Source: Chiloscyllium plagiosum (taxonomy: Eukaryota). From it: 64,000 bases of DNA. The stretch covers positions 10,978,132 to 11,042,131 of the forward strand of contig NC_057727.1 of assembly GCF_004010195.1 (NCBI RefSeq). Reading direction: 5' to 3'. Shown one piece after another: positions 50,276-61,458 of the stretch; position 1 is the stretch's first letter; each line of letters opens with the position of its first letter. A program made the translations under genes and the position numbers. Below the pieces are notes generated by a model. That model worked only from the letters and a program-made list of their open reading frames with translations, did no database searches and was not told the DNA's origin.

Positions 50276-53200
50276 TTATACAGTGGTCTTTCCCCACTGC
50301 GCCTTGGTAGCAGCTGCCACAAGCTTCAGCGCATCCCTCAACACGTAGTTCTGGACCTTGGAATATGCCAGTCTGCAACACTAAGTTGGGGTCAACTCCT
50401 TCAGCTGGAAGATCAACAGATTTCAGGCAGACCAAAGAGCATCTTTGACCGAGTTGATGATCCTCCAGGCACAGTTGATGATCGTCTCGGTGTGCGTCCC
50501 GGGGAACAGACCGTAGAGCATGGAGTCCCACATCACGGAGCTGCTCGGGACGAACCTCGATAAACACCACTGCATTCCTCTCCAGATTTCCTTTGCATAG
50601 GCACATTCCAGAAGGAATGTTTGACAGTCTCGTCCCCTCCACAGCTGCTTTGGGGACAGCATGCGGTGGGGCAGAGTGTCCAGCCGTGCATAAAGGATCT
50701 CACTGGCAGAGCCCTTCTCACCACCAGCCAAGCCAAGTGTTGGTGCTTGTTTGAAAGTTCTGGCAATGAGGCATTCTGCCAAATGACTTTGACAGTCTGC
50801 CCAGGGAACCGCTCGACAGGATCCGCCCTCTACTTTTCCAAAGGGTGTCAAGGACACTACATGCTGACCACTTCCTGATGGACTTGTAGTCAAAGGTGTT
50901 TTTCTTCATAAATTTCTCCACGAAGGACAGGTGATACAGAACGGTCCAACTACTTGGAGCTTTCCATGGCAGCAAGGCCAGGCCCATCCTTCGCAACATC
51001 GGGGACAGGTAGAACCTTAATACGTAGTGATACTTGGTCTTTGCATACCGGGAATCCACACACAGCTTGACACAGCCACACACAAAGGTGGCCATCAGGG
51101 TGAGGGTGGCATTTAGTATGTTTTTTCCCCCATTGCCCAGATCTTTATATGTGGTGTCCCTTCGGACCTGCTCCATCTTTGATCTCCACATGAAGTGGAG
51201 GTTGGCCCGGGTGACTGCGGCGGCACAGGTTCCGGGAATAGGCCAGACCTGTGCCACATATAACAACACTGACAGTACCTCACATCTGATGACAAGGTTT
51301 TTTCCTGCGATGGAGAGCGACCATTGCTCCCATCTGCCTAGTTTTGCCTCACTTTACTGATACGCTTCTCCCAAGACTTGGCGCATGCTCCAGCCCCTCC
51401 GAACCAAATACCCAGCACCTTCAGACGGTCAGTCCTGACGGTGAAGTGGATCGAGGATTGGTTGGCCCAGTTCCCGAAGAGCATGGCCTCGCTCTTGCCT
51501 TGGTTGACCTTGGCCTCCCTTGGCCCGTTTGAACTGGTCACTTATGCACATGAGTCTGTGCACAGACAGTGTATCCAAGCAGAAAACGGCGATGTCTCCA
51601 TGTACAGGGAGGCCTTAACCTGTAGGCCCCTACTGCCAGGAATAGTCACCCCTCTCAGGCTCGTATCCTTCATGATGGACTCAGCAAATGGCTCTATGCA
51701 GCACACAAACAAGGCAGGAGGGAAGCTGTCTGATTCCCACCCATTGATTGAGATTGCACTGACAATATTGGATCCAATTGCAGATTCCCTCCCCAAAGCC
51801 CATTTTGGAGAGAACATCTCTAATATATGTATGCGATATCCTGTCAAAGGCTTTCTCCTGGTCCAGGCTGATGAGGCAAGTGTCCATCCCTCTGTCCTGC
51901 ACATAGGCAATCGTATCCCTGAGGAGTGCGAGACTCTCAGCGATCTTCCTGCCCAGTACAGCACAGGTTAGGTCAGGGTGAATCACCGATCCCAGAGCAG
52001 ACCTGACCCGGTTGGCGATGACTTTTGACAAGATTTTGTAATCTATGTTTAATAGTGAGATTGGTCTCCAATTTCTAATTTCCTCCCTCTCCCCCTTCCG
52101 CTTGTAGATGAGGGTGCTGATGCCTTTCCTCATGGATTCACTCATGGTACCTGCCAGAAGCATACTGACATACACCTCCAGCAGGTCCTGGTCAATCAAG
52201 TCACATAGAGCAGAATAGAGCTCGATCGGTAAGCCATCGCTTTCGGAATTTTTATTCTTTTCAAAGGACTCGAAGGCCTTGGTCAGCTCATCCAGAGATA
52301 GCGGCTGGTCCAGCCTCTCCTCTGTTCTGTCATCTAAGACCTCCGTGACAGAGGACAGGAATGAATTGGAGGCCACGCTGTCAGTTGGCTTCGTGTCATA
52401 CAGACTGGCATGGAAAGATTTGCTGATCCTCCTGATGTCAGCCTGAGATGACTTTACCGAGCCATCTTCTTCCTTCAGGCTGCTGAGCATGGAGTTCTCT
52501 TTGTACACCTTCTGGAAGAAGAAACGTGAGCACGTCTCGTCCTGCTCCACGGAGTGGACCCTGGACCGGAAGATTATCTTGGAGGCCTCCGAGGCAAAGA
52601 GCAGGCTTGCTGGCCCTTCACCTCCTGGAGGTCCTCCGTGACATCGACCCCCATCATCTGCAGCAGGAGCAGGTTCTGCATACTTTCCTGATGTTGGGAC
52701 AGTTTTTCCTGTCTCTCTCTCGCCTCCTGAACACCTTTGAGGATAAAGTACCTCTTCATGTTCCCTTTTAATGTTTCCCACCAGTCTGCTGGGCTTCACA
52801 GTTCTCCAACCTACGTAGTCCCTCTTGAGCTCCTCAGTGTTTCCTGGGGTCAACAGCTTTGTGTTCAGCTTCCAAATTCCCTTATCAGCCCGCTGCTCAT
52901 GCTGTAGGTGACAGTCGGCCAGCAGGAGGCAGTGGTCAGAGAAGAACACCGGCTTGATGTCAGTGGGTCTGACCGAGAACGTTCGGACACAAACAGGTAA
53001 TCTACCCTTGAGCGGATAGACCTGTCTGCCCATGACCAGGTGTATTTACTCTGCGATCCATCTGCACGGGTGCTGAAGACGTTGTGCAGCTTGGCATCTT
53101 TGACTGTTTCCATCAGGAATCTGGACGTGACATCCGGTTTACTTTACCCCCCCACCCCCGCCGCCGGATCGTCCATCTGCATCAATGGTACAGTTGAAGT

Positions 53201-53624
53201 CTCCAGCCAGAACGACCTGCCCGGACATAGCCAGCAACAGTGGAAGCTGCTGCAGGACAGCCAACCGTTCACTCTTACCCACTGGGGCATACACATTAAT
53301 AAGTCTCAGGGGTGCATTCCAGTATATGACGTCAGTGACGAGGAGGCACCCGCCCACCACCTCCTTAACCTCGGAGATGTTGATGATGCCTCCTCGCAGC
53401 TGGATACCGAGGCCTGAGGACCGGTTATCATTGTCCCCCAACCAAAGTGACGGCCCATGGGCCCACAAGCTCAACCATCTCCTGTAACTGCTGAGGTGCG
53501 GTATCCCTCACTCCTGCAGAAACAGGACATCGGCTTTAACATTGGCTAGGAAGGCCAACGTAGAAACACATTGCGTAGCAGATATAATGCTATGCACATT
53601 AATATTCGTGATCTTTATCACCAT
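50276..53624 (-). pseudogene. Copy A ORF2 (endonuclease / reverse transcriptase), frameshifted
   Basis: INVYAP, LAGDFNC, FSDHC, NWRPISLLNIDYKIL, SLDQEKAFDRISH, ETVKH zinc-finger region. Confidence 0.9.
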
Positions 53625-54891
53625 TTTAACAATTTATGAGGTTACCAGTGTACATTTGCCACTGGACCTGCCTCTCTGGGATAGCTGAATGCATCCCCCT
53701 GGTGAATGCGAACTGCTGGACCCTTGCAGGGCTGAGGTAGCTGTCCGGCTCCACGCTGCAGTCACTTCCCCGCTCTGGTGTCATCGGGCCGGGACCAGGG
53801 TCCGCACAGTCCAGTTCTATGTCTGACAGCCCCCTGGTTCTCACCGGGTGGGGGGGGTGGTCTTTACCGGTAACTTCAGAGGGTCCGTCATTTCCTGGTT
53901 GAGGGGTGTTACCCTCCTTTCTCCCCACGGCACTCTGTCTCTTCTTCTGGTGATGACCCTCCTTGCACGCGACTTCAGCATCTGAAGAGCTGCGTGTATC
54001 TTTACCATGCAGCTGCCGTTTCCCCCTTTGCTGGGAGGTTTTGGGGGCCTGGTAGGTTTTCCTCCTCCTGTTTGTTTTTTACAGGAATCCACTCCTCTGC
54101 CTCCATGGTTCCCTCCTCCTCCATTGCCTCCAACTGTCCTGTAGGAGCTTGGATCGGCTGCTGTACCTCCCCGCTGGCTGCCGTATGCTCCGCTTCAGCT
54201 TGTCCTTCCTTCCTTCTGGGTGCCACCAGACACCATTCCCCTCCTGGTTTGTGGTACCTTGCTGGTGTTTTGCAGTCCATGGCTCGCATTGCCACCTCCG
54301 GCCATCTGTGTGTAGGTAGTGGCCCCTCGTCTTGGGCATGCCTTGTACATGTGGCCCGCCTCTCCGCACAGATTACAGCTCTTGGCCTCTTTGCATTCCC
54401 GGGTCAGGTGACCCTCCTGCTTACAGTTCCGACAGATAGTCACCTTACAGTCCGCTGCCCATGTGGCCTGACCTCCCGCAGGTGCGGCAGACTTTCAGCA
54501 GCCCTGCGTATGTCAGGTAACCTCTGCTCCCTCCGATTGCAAAGCTGGAGGGTGGGTAGAGGATGTTCCCAATGGCATGGACCCTGCCGCTGCCGGTCCA
54601 GATCCCGAAAGAGTCAACCACATCAGTGCTTTCTCCCTCAACCAGGACGTGTCTTCTCAGCAAGGTCAGAACGTCAGCTGCTGGGATGTGGGGTTTGTAC
54701 ATGTGAATTGTAACAACCCAACTCCTCTGTGCAGGGAGCACACACAACAGGACTGCCAACAGGATGGAGAACAGAGGCTCCCCTTCCTTGTCTTTGAACA
54801 TGTTAAGGAGCTACTTGCACTGCTTCACACTCCTGTAGGTCGCATTGAAATAGCCTGCCCCAGGGAAATCCTGCAGGCAGTACACATCTAC

Positions 54892-55838
54892 TTTTTATTT
54901 CAAAAATATACTTTTTTCATAAAATTATTTTGATATCTATATAATTTGGTCATGCCATACATATGTATACATTCAATTTCTTTAAATACAGAGATCAGAA
55001 TTGATTATTCATATGTACAAGTCTATACATTGACGATCCAGGTATTTTGCTGAGGCGTCAGCAAGCTCACTTTCTGAGTGGGCCCCCTGTTCTTCTTCGG
55101 CAGGCAGTCCTTACACGGTGGTCTTTCCCCACCGCGCCTTGGCAGCAGCTGCCCCAAGCTTCAGCGCGTCCTTCAGCATGTAGTCCTGGACCTTGGAATG
55201 TGCCAGTCTGCAACACTCAGTCAGGGTCAACTCCTTCAGTTGGAAGATCAACAGGTTTCGGACAGACCAAAGAGCGTCTTTGACCGTGTTGATAATCCTC
55301 CAGACACAGTTAATGCTCGTCTCGGTGTGCGTCCCGGGGAACAGACCGTAGAACACGGAGTCCTGCGTCATGAAGCTGCTCGGGACGCACCACTGTATTC
55401 CTCTCCAGATTTCCTTTGCATAGACACATTCCAGAAGGAGGTGTGTGACAGTCTCGTCCCCTCCACAGCCACTTCAGGGGCAGCATGCATAAAGGATCTC
55501 ACAGGCAGAGCCCTTCTCACCACCAGCCAAGCCATGTCTTGGTGCTTGTTGGAAAGTTCTGGCGATGAGGCATTCTGCCAAATGACTTTGACAGTCTGCC
55601 CAGGGAACCGCTCAACAGGATCCACCCTCTCCTTTTTCCAAAGAGTCTCAAGGACACTACGTGCTGACCATTTCCTGATGGACTTGTGGTCAAAGATATT
55701 TTACTTCATAAATTTCTCCACAAAGGACAGGTGATACGGAAAGGTCCAACGACTTGGAGCGTTCCGCGGCAGTGAGGCCAGGCCCATCCTTCCCAACACC
55801 GGGGACAGGTAGAACCTCAGTATGTAGTGACACCAGGT
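54892..55838 (-). mobile_element. Tx1-clade LINE copy B, 3' ~0.95 kb, inserted in ORF1 of A; its 5' tip lies at 61117-61134
   Basis: Second copy of the 3' UTR and ORF2 C-terminus (..ARWGKTTV*). Confidence 0.88.
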
Positions 55839-56049
55839 TTTTTTTAATTTCAAAAATATACTTTATTCATAAAAATATTTTGATGATCTGTACAATTGGT
55901 CATGCCATACATACGTCAACATCTTTGCATAGAGATATCAAGTAATCATTCGTATATACAGGTCTGTAAGTTTACCGTTCATACATTTAGCTGAGGCGTC
56001 AGTGAAGCCCACTTACTGCGTGGGCCCCTTGTTCTTTGGCAGGCAAACG

Positions 56050-59000
56050 TTACACGGGGTCTTTCCCCACCGCGCCTTGGTGGCAGCTGCCCCACGCTCC
56101 AGCGCGTCCCTCAACACATAGTCCTGGACCTTGGAATTGCCAGTCTGCAACACTCAGTCGGATGCTGCCTGAACTGCTGTGCTCTTCCAGCACCACTAAT
56201 CCACACTCAGTCGGGGTCAGCTCCTTCGGCTGGAAGATCAACAGGTTATGGACAGACCAAAGAGCGTCTTTGACCGAGTTGATGATCCTCCAGGCACAGT
56301 TGATGTTCGTCTCTGTGTGCATCCCAGGGAACAGACTATAAAGCATGGAGTCCCACGTCACGAAGCTGCTCAGGATGAACCTCGACAAGCACCACTGCAT
56401 TCGTATCCAGACTTCCTTTGCGTAGGCACATTCCAGAAGGAGGTGTGTGACAGTTTCATCCCCGCCACAGCCGCTTCGGAGGCAGTGTGCGTTGCGGCAG
56501 AGAGTCCAGGCATGCATAAAGGATCTCACAGGCAGAGCCCTTCTCACCACCAGCCAAGCCATGTCTTGGTGCTTGTTGGAAAGTTCTGGCGATGAGGCAT
56601 TCTGCCATATGACTTTGATAGTCTGCCCAGGGAACCGCTCGACAGGATCCGCCCTCTCCTTTTCTCGAAGGGTCTCAAGGACACTACGTGCTGACCACTT
56701 CCTGATGGACTTGTGGTCAAAGGTGTTTTTCTTCATAAATGTTTCTACGAAGGACAGGTGATATGGAACGGTCCAACTACTTGCAGCGTTCCACAGCAAT
56801 GAGGCCAGGCCCATCCTTCGCAACACCGGGTACAGGTAGAACCTCAGTACGTAGTGACACTTTGTGTTAGCGTACCAGGGATCCACACACAGCTTAATGC
56901 AGCTACACACAAAGGTGTCCATCAGGGTGAGGGTGGCATTTGGTGTGTTTTTTCCCCTGTTGCCCAGAGCTTTGTACATCGAGTCCCTTCGGACCCTGGC
57001 CATCTTTGATTACCATACAAAATGGAAAATGGCCCGGGTGACTGCGATGGCACTGGTTCTGAGAATAGGCCAGAAATGTGCCACATATAACAACACTGAC
57101 AATGCCTCACATCTGATGACCAGGTTTTTACCCGCGATGGAGAGCGACTGTAGCTTCCATCTGCCCAGTTTCTGCCTCACTTTCTTGATACGCTTCCCCC
57201 CAAGACTTGGCGCACGCCCCAGCCCCTCCGAACCAAATACCCAGCACCTTCAGGTGGTCAGTCCTGACGGTGAAGGGGATGAAGGATTGGTCAGCCCAGT
57301 TCCCGAAGAGCGTGGTGTCGCTCTTGCCTCGGTTGACCTTGGCCCCCATGGCCCGTTTGAACTGGTCACTTATGCACAAGAGTCTGTGCACAGACAACGT
57401 ATCCGAGCAGAAAACGGCGACATCATCCATGTACAGGGAAGTCTTAACCTGCAGGCCCCCGCTGCCAGGAATAGTCACCCCTCTCAGGCTCGCATCCTTC
57501 CTGATGGACTCGGCAAATGGCTCTATGCAGCACACAAACAAGGCAGGAGAGAGAAGGCAGCCCTGCCTGACTCCAGATCTGACTGGGAAGCTATCTGATT
57601 CCCACCCATCCATTGAGACTGCACTGACCAGTGTTGGTGTAGAGCTGTCTGATCCAATTGCAGATTCCCTCCCCAAAGCCCATTTTGGAGAGAACATCTC
57701 TCATATACGTATGTGATATCCCGTCAAAAACTTTCTCCTGGTCCAGGCTGATGAGGCAGGTGCCCAAACCCCTGTCCTGCATGTAGGTGATCGTATCCCT
57801 GAGGAGTGCGAGACTCTCAGCAATCTTCCTGCCCAGTACAGCACAGGTTTGGTCAGGGTGGATCACCGATTCCAGAGCAGACCTGATCCGGTTGGCGATG
57901 AGCTTTGCCAAGATTTTGTAATCTGCATTTAACAGTGAGATTGGTCTGCAGTTTCTGATTTCCTCCCTCTTCTCCCTTCCGCTTGTAGATGAAGGTCATG
58001 ATGCCTTTCCTCATCGATTCACTCATGGTACCTGCCAGAAGCATACTGACATACACCTCCAGCAGGTCCTGGCCAATCAAGTCCCACAGGGCAGAATAGA
58101 GCTCGACCGGTAAGCCATTGATTCCGGGAATTTTATTCTTTCCAAAGGACTCTAGGGCCTTGGTCAGTTCATCCAGAGATAGCGGCTGGTCCAGCCTCTC
58201 CCCTGTTCTGTCGTCTAAGACCTCTGTGACAGAGGACTGGAATGACTGGGATGCCACGCTGTCAGTTGACTTGGCGTCATACAGATTGGCACAGCAAGAT
58301 TTGCTGATCCTCATGACGTCAGCCTGAGATGACATTACCGAGCCATCTTCTTCCTTCAGGCTGCTGAGCATGGAGCTCTCTTTGTGCACCTTCTGGAAGA
58401 AGAAACGTGAGCACGTCTCGTCCTGCTCCACGGAGTGGACCCTGGACCAGAAGGTTATCTTGGATGCCTCCGAGGCAAAGAGCAAGGCTTGCTGGCCCTT
58501 CACCTCCTGGAGGTCCTCCGTGACATCGACCCCCATCGTCTGCAGCAGGAGCAGGTTCTGCATACTTTCCTGGAGTTGGGACAGTTTTCCCCTCTCTCTC
58601 GTCTCCTGAACACTTTTGAGGATGAAGAACCTCTTATTGTTCCCTTTTACTGTTTCCTACCAGTCCGGTGGAAACTCAAAGAGGGACTTCACGGTTCTCC
58701 AACCTGCGTGGTCCCTCTTGAGCTCCTCAATGTTTCCCGGGGTCAACAGCTTGGTGTTCAGCTTCCACATTCCCTTGCCAGCCCGCTGCTTGTCTTGTAG
58801 GTGACAGTCGGCCAGCAGGAGGCAGTGGTTAGAAAAGAACACTGGCTTGATGTCAGTGGATTTGACAGAGAACGTTCGGACACAAACAGGTAATCTATCC
58901 TTGAGCAGATAGACCTGCCTGCCCTTGACCAGGTGTATCTACGCTGCGATCCATCTGCAGGGGTGCTGCAGACGTCGTGTAGCTTGGCATCTTTGACCGT

Positions 59001-59507
59001 TTCCATCAGGACTCTGGACGTGGTGTCCAGTTTACTGTCCCCCCCACTGGATTGTCCATCTGTATCAATGATACAGCTGAAGTCTCTAGCCAGAATGACT
59101 GGCCTGGACGTAGCCAGCAACAGTGGAAGCTGCTGCAGGAGGGCCAACCGTTCACTCTTACCTGTTGGGGTGTACATGTTAATCAGTCTCAGGGGAGCGA
59201 TTCTGTGCATGACGTCAGCGATGAGGAGGAGCCCACCCACCACCTCCTTAACTTCAGAGATGGTGAAGTTGCCTCCTTGCAACAGGATACCCAGGCCAGA
59301 GGCGCGGCTGTCGTTGCCCCCCAACCAAACTGATGGTTCATGGGCCCACGAGCTTGACCATCTCCTGTAGCTGCTGAGGTGCGGTATCCCACACTCCTGC
59401 AGAAACAGGACATCGGCTTTAACGTTGGCTAGGAAGGCCAGCGTAGAGACACATTGCGTAGCAGATTTAATGCTACGCACATTAATACTGGCAATTTTTA
59501 TACCCAT
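56050..59507 (-). pseudogene. Copy C ORF2 (APE endonuclease, RT, zinc finger), frameshifted
   Basis: MGIKIASINVRSI..LFLQEC, GVRQGCLLSP, LYMDD, ETVTHLLLEC. Confidence 0.92.
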
Positions 59508-59508
59508 T

Positions 59509-60934
59509 TTAACAGTTTATGAGGTTACCAGTGTCTATTTTCTGTTGGTCCAGCCTCTCTGGGGTAGGTATCTGCATTCCTGTGGTGAACACGAACTGCT
59601 GGACACTCTGAGGGCTGAGGTAGCTGTCCGGCTCCATGCTGCAGGCATTTCCATGCTCTGGTGTCTTCAGGTCGGGACCAGAGTTCGCAGCGGGGCTGTC
59701 AGAGGATTGCTGCTCCCAGTTACCTGGAACTGTGGGGCAGTGGGTACCTCCTGGTTCTCACCGGGTGGGGGGGTGGTCTTTACCAGCCCCCTCAGAGGGT
59801 TCGTCATTTCCTGTTTGGGGGGTGCTGCCCTCCTTTCTCCCTGCGGCACTCTGTCTCTTGGTGAAGACCCTCCTTACGCCCATCCTCACCATCTGAAGAG
59901 CTGGCTGTATCCTCCTCATGTAGGTGTCGTTTCCCCCTTTGCTGGGTGGTTTGGGGAACTGGCCAGGTTTCCACTTGCTGGTTTTTACAAGAGTCCAGTC
60001 CTCTGCCTCCTTGGTTTGCTTCTCCTCCATTTCCTCCGTCTATCCTGTGGGAGCTTGGATTGGCTGCTGCACCTCCCCACTGGCTGCCATCTGCTCCGCT
60101 CCATTCTTCTGGGTGCCCCCAGACACCATTTCCCTGATGGTTTGTGGTACCTTGCTGGCCTTTTGCAGTCCACGGCTCGCATTGCCATCTCCAGCCATCT
60201 GTGCGTAGGTGGTGGTCCCTCGTCTTGGGCAGGCTTTGTACACGTGGCCCGCCTCTGCACAGATTGCAGTTCTTGGCTTCTTTGCATTCCTTAGTGGGTG
60301 ACCCTCCTTCTTGCAGTTTCGACAAATGGTGACCTTACAGTCCGCCGCCATGTGGCCTGACCTCCCGCAGGTTCGGCACACTTTCGGCTGCCCTGCGTAC
60401 ATCATGTACCCTCTGCTCCCTCCGATTGCAAAGCTGGAGGTTGGGTGGAGGATGTTCCCACTGGCATCGACCCTGACAGTTATCCTGACCTGCCGTTTGC
60501 TGGTCCAGATCCCGAAAGGGTTGACCACATTGGTGCTTTCTCCCTCAACCTGGACGTACCTTCTCAGGAAGTTCAGGACGTCAGCTGCTGGGACGTGGGG
60601 GTTGTACATATGAATCGTAACCACCCCACTCCTCTGTGCAGGAAACACACACAACGGGACCGCCAACAAGATGGAGAACAGAGGCTCCCGTTCCTTCTCC
60701 TTGAAGACCTTCAGGAGCTGCTCACACTGCTTCACACTCCTGAAGGTCACATTGAAATAGCCTGTCCCAGGAAAATCCTGCAGGCAGTACACATCTGCTG
60801 CATCAAACCCGCAGCACTCCAGCAGAACCTTCTTGACGAACACCCTCCGATCGACCGGTGTACGATCCTTCACCTTCTTCACCTTCAACACCTGACTGTG
60901 TTGCGAATGCCCTGGTCTGGGCTGCAGATGTCAT
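59509..60934 (-). pseudogene. Copy C ORF1 (Tx1/ZCCHC3-like zinc-knuckle protein), frameshifted
   Basis: GIRNTVR, GIWTSKRQV, YAGQPKVCRTCGRSGHMAADC, CRNCKKEGH; its stop is 1 nt before the ORF2 ATG (TAA-A-ATG). Confidence 0.85.
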
Positions 60935-61088
60935 TGCTCTGAGGTTGGCTGGTCCCTGAATTGGCGTGAGGCCGAAGCCAGCATAAAGATCGACCAAGAG
61001 CAGGTCAGCACAACCAAACGCTCCTCCAACATCCAATCACGATCCAGCGATGATCTTCACTAGCTCTCATGACTCGAAGCTCCACTCT

Positions 61089-61119
61089 TGATCCTGGTAT
61101 CTCCCCTACCAGGTAAGTA
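61089..61119 (-). ncRNA. U1 snRNA 5' fragment forming the head of copy C (not a functional U1 gene)
   Basis: TACTTACCTGGTAGGGGAGATACCAGGATCA vs U1 TACTTACCTGGCAGGGGAGATACCATGATCA: 2 mismatches in 31. Confidence 0.92.
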
Positions 61120-61402
61120 GTGACACCAGGTAAGCTGCTTGGAATCCACAGCACTCAAGCAGCACCCTCTTTATGAGCACTGTCCGATCGACAGGTGTAT
61201 GCTCCTCCACCTTCTTCAAGTCAGTGGGCAGCTGCTGAGGCCATAGTTCCTAGATTGGCTGGTCCCTGAATAGGCCTTAGGCCGAAGCCAGCATGAAGAT
61301 CCACCAAGAGCAAGTCAGCACAACCAAATGATCCTCCAACGTCCAATCACGATCCAGTGATGATCTCAACTAGCTCTGATGACTCTCAACTTGACACCCG
61401 TT

Positions 61403-61446
61403 CTGATAAGAACAGACACTTGATCTTAGCCAAAAGGCTGAGAAGC
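61403..61446 (-). ncRNA. U2 snRNA 5' fragment forming the head of copy A (not a functional U2 gene)
   Basis: GCTTCTCAGCCTTTTGGCTAAGATCAAGTG-----TCTGTTCTTATCAG = U2 nt 4-52 with one substitution and a 5-nt deletion. Confidence 0.93.
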
Positions 61447-61458
61447 AGGTATAGCACC

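Larger units (their letters stand above)
55839..61119 (-). mobile_element. Tx1-clade LINE copy C, full length, U1-headed, 15-bp TSD GTAGTGACACCAGGT
   Basis: TSD at 55824-55838 and 61117-61131; 5' UTR, ORF1, ORF2, 3' UTR and poly(A) all present. Confidence 0.92.
50053..61446 (-). mobile_element. Tx1-clade LINE copy A (50053-54891 joined to 61135-61446), U2-headed, 15-bp TSD AGCAGGTATAGCACC
   Basis: TSD at 50038-50052 and 61444-61458; AATAAA and short poly(A) at the 3' end; decayed ORF1 (CCHC knuckles) and ORF2 (APE, RT). Confidence 0.9.

Noticed and set aside
51378-60942. Long plus-strand ORFs (e.g. 53994-54713, 55078-55734, 59425-60294)
   Set aside because: Antisense shadows of GC-rich Tx1 ORFs
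55824-61134. Copy B arising by canonical splicing from the U1-head donor CTG|GTAGGG to AAAG|TGTCAC
   Set aside because: The observed junction has one extra G compared with the spliced product; GT microhomology fits better
61089-61446. Functional U1 or U2 genes, or Tx1 inserted into snRNA genes at this locus
   Set aside because: Only 5' fragments; no Sm site or 3' remainder at the element 3' ends; the fragments lie inside the TSDs
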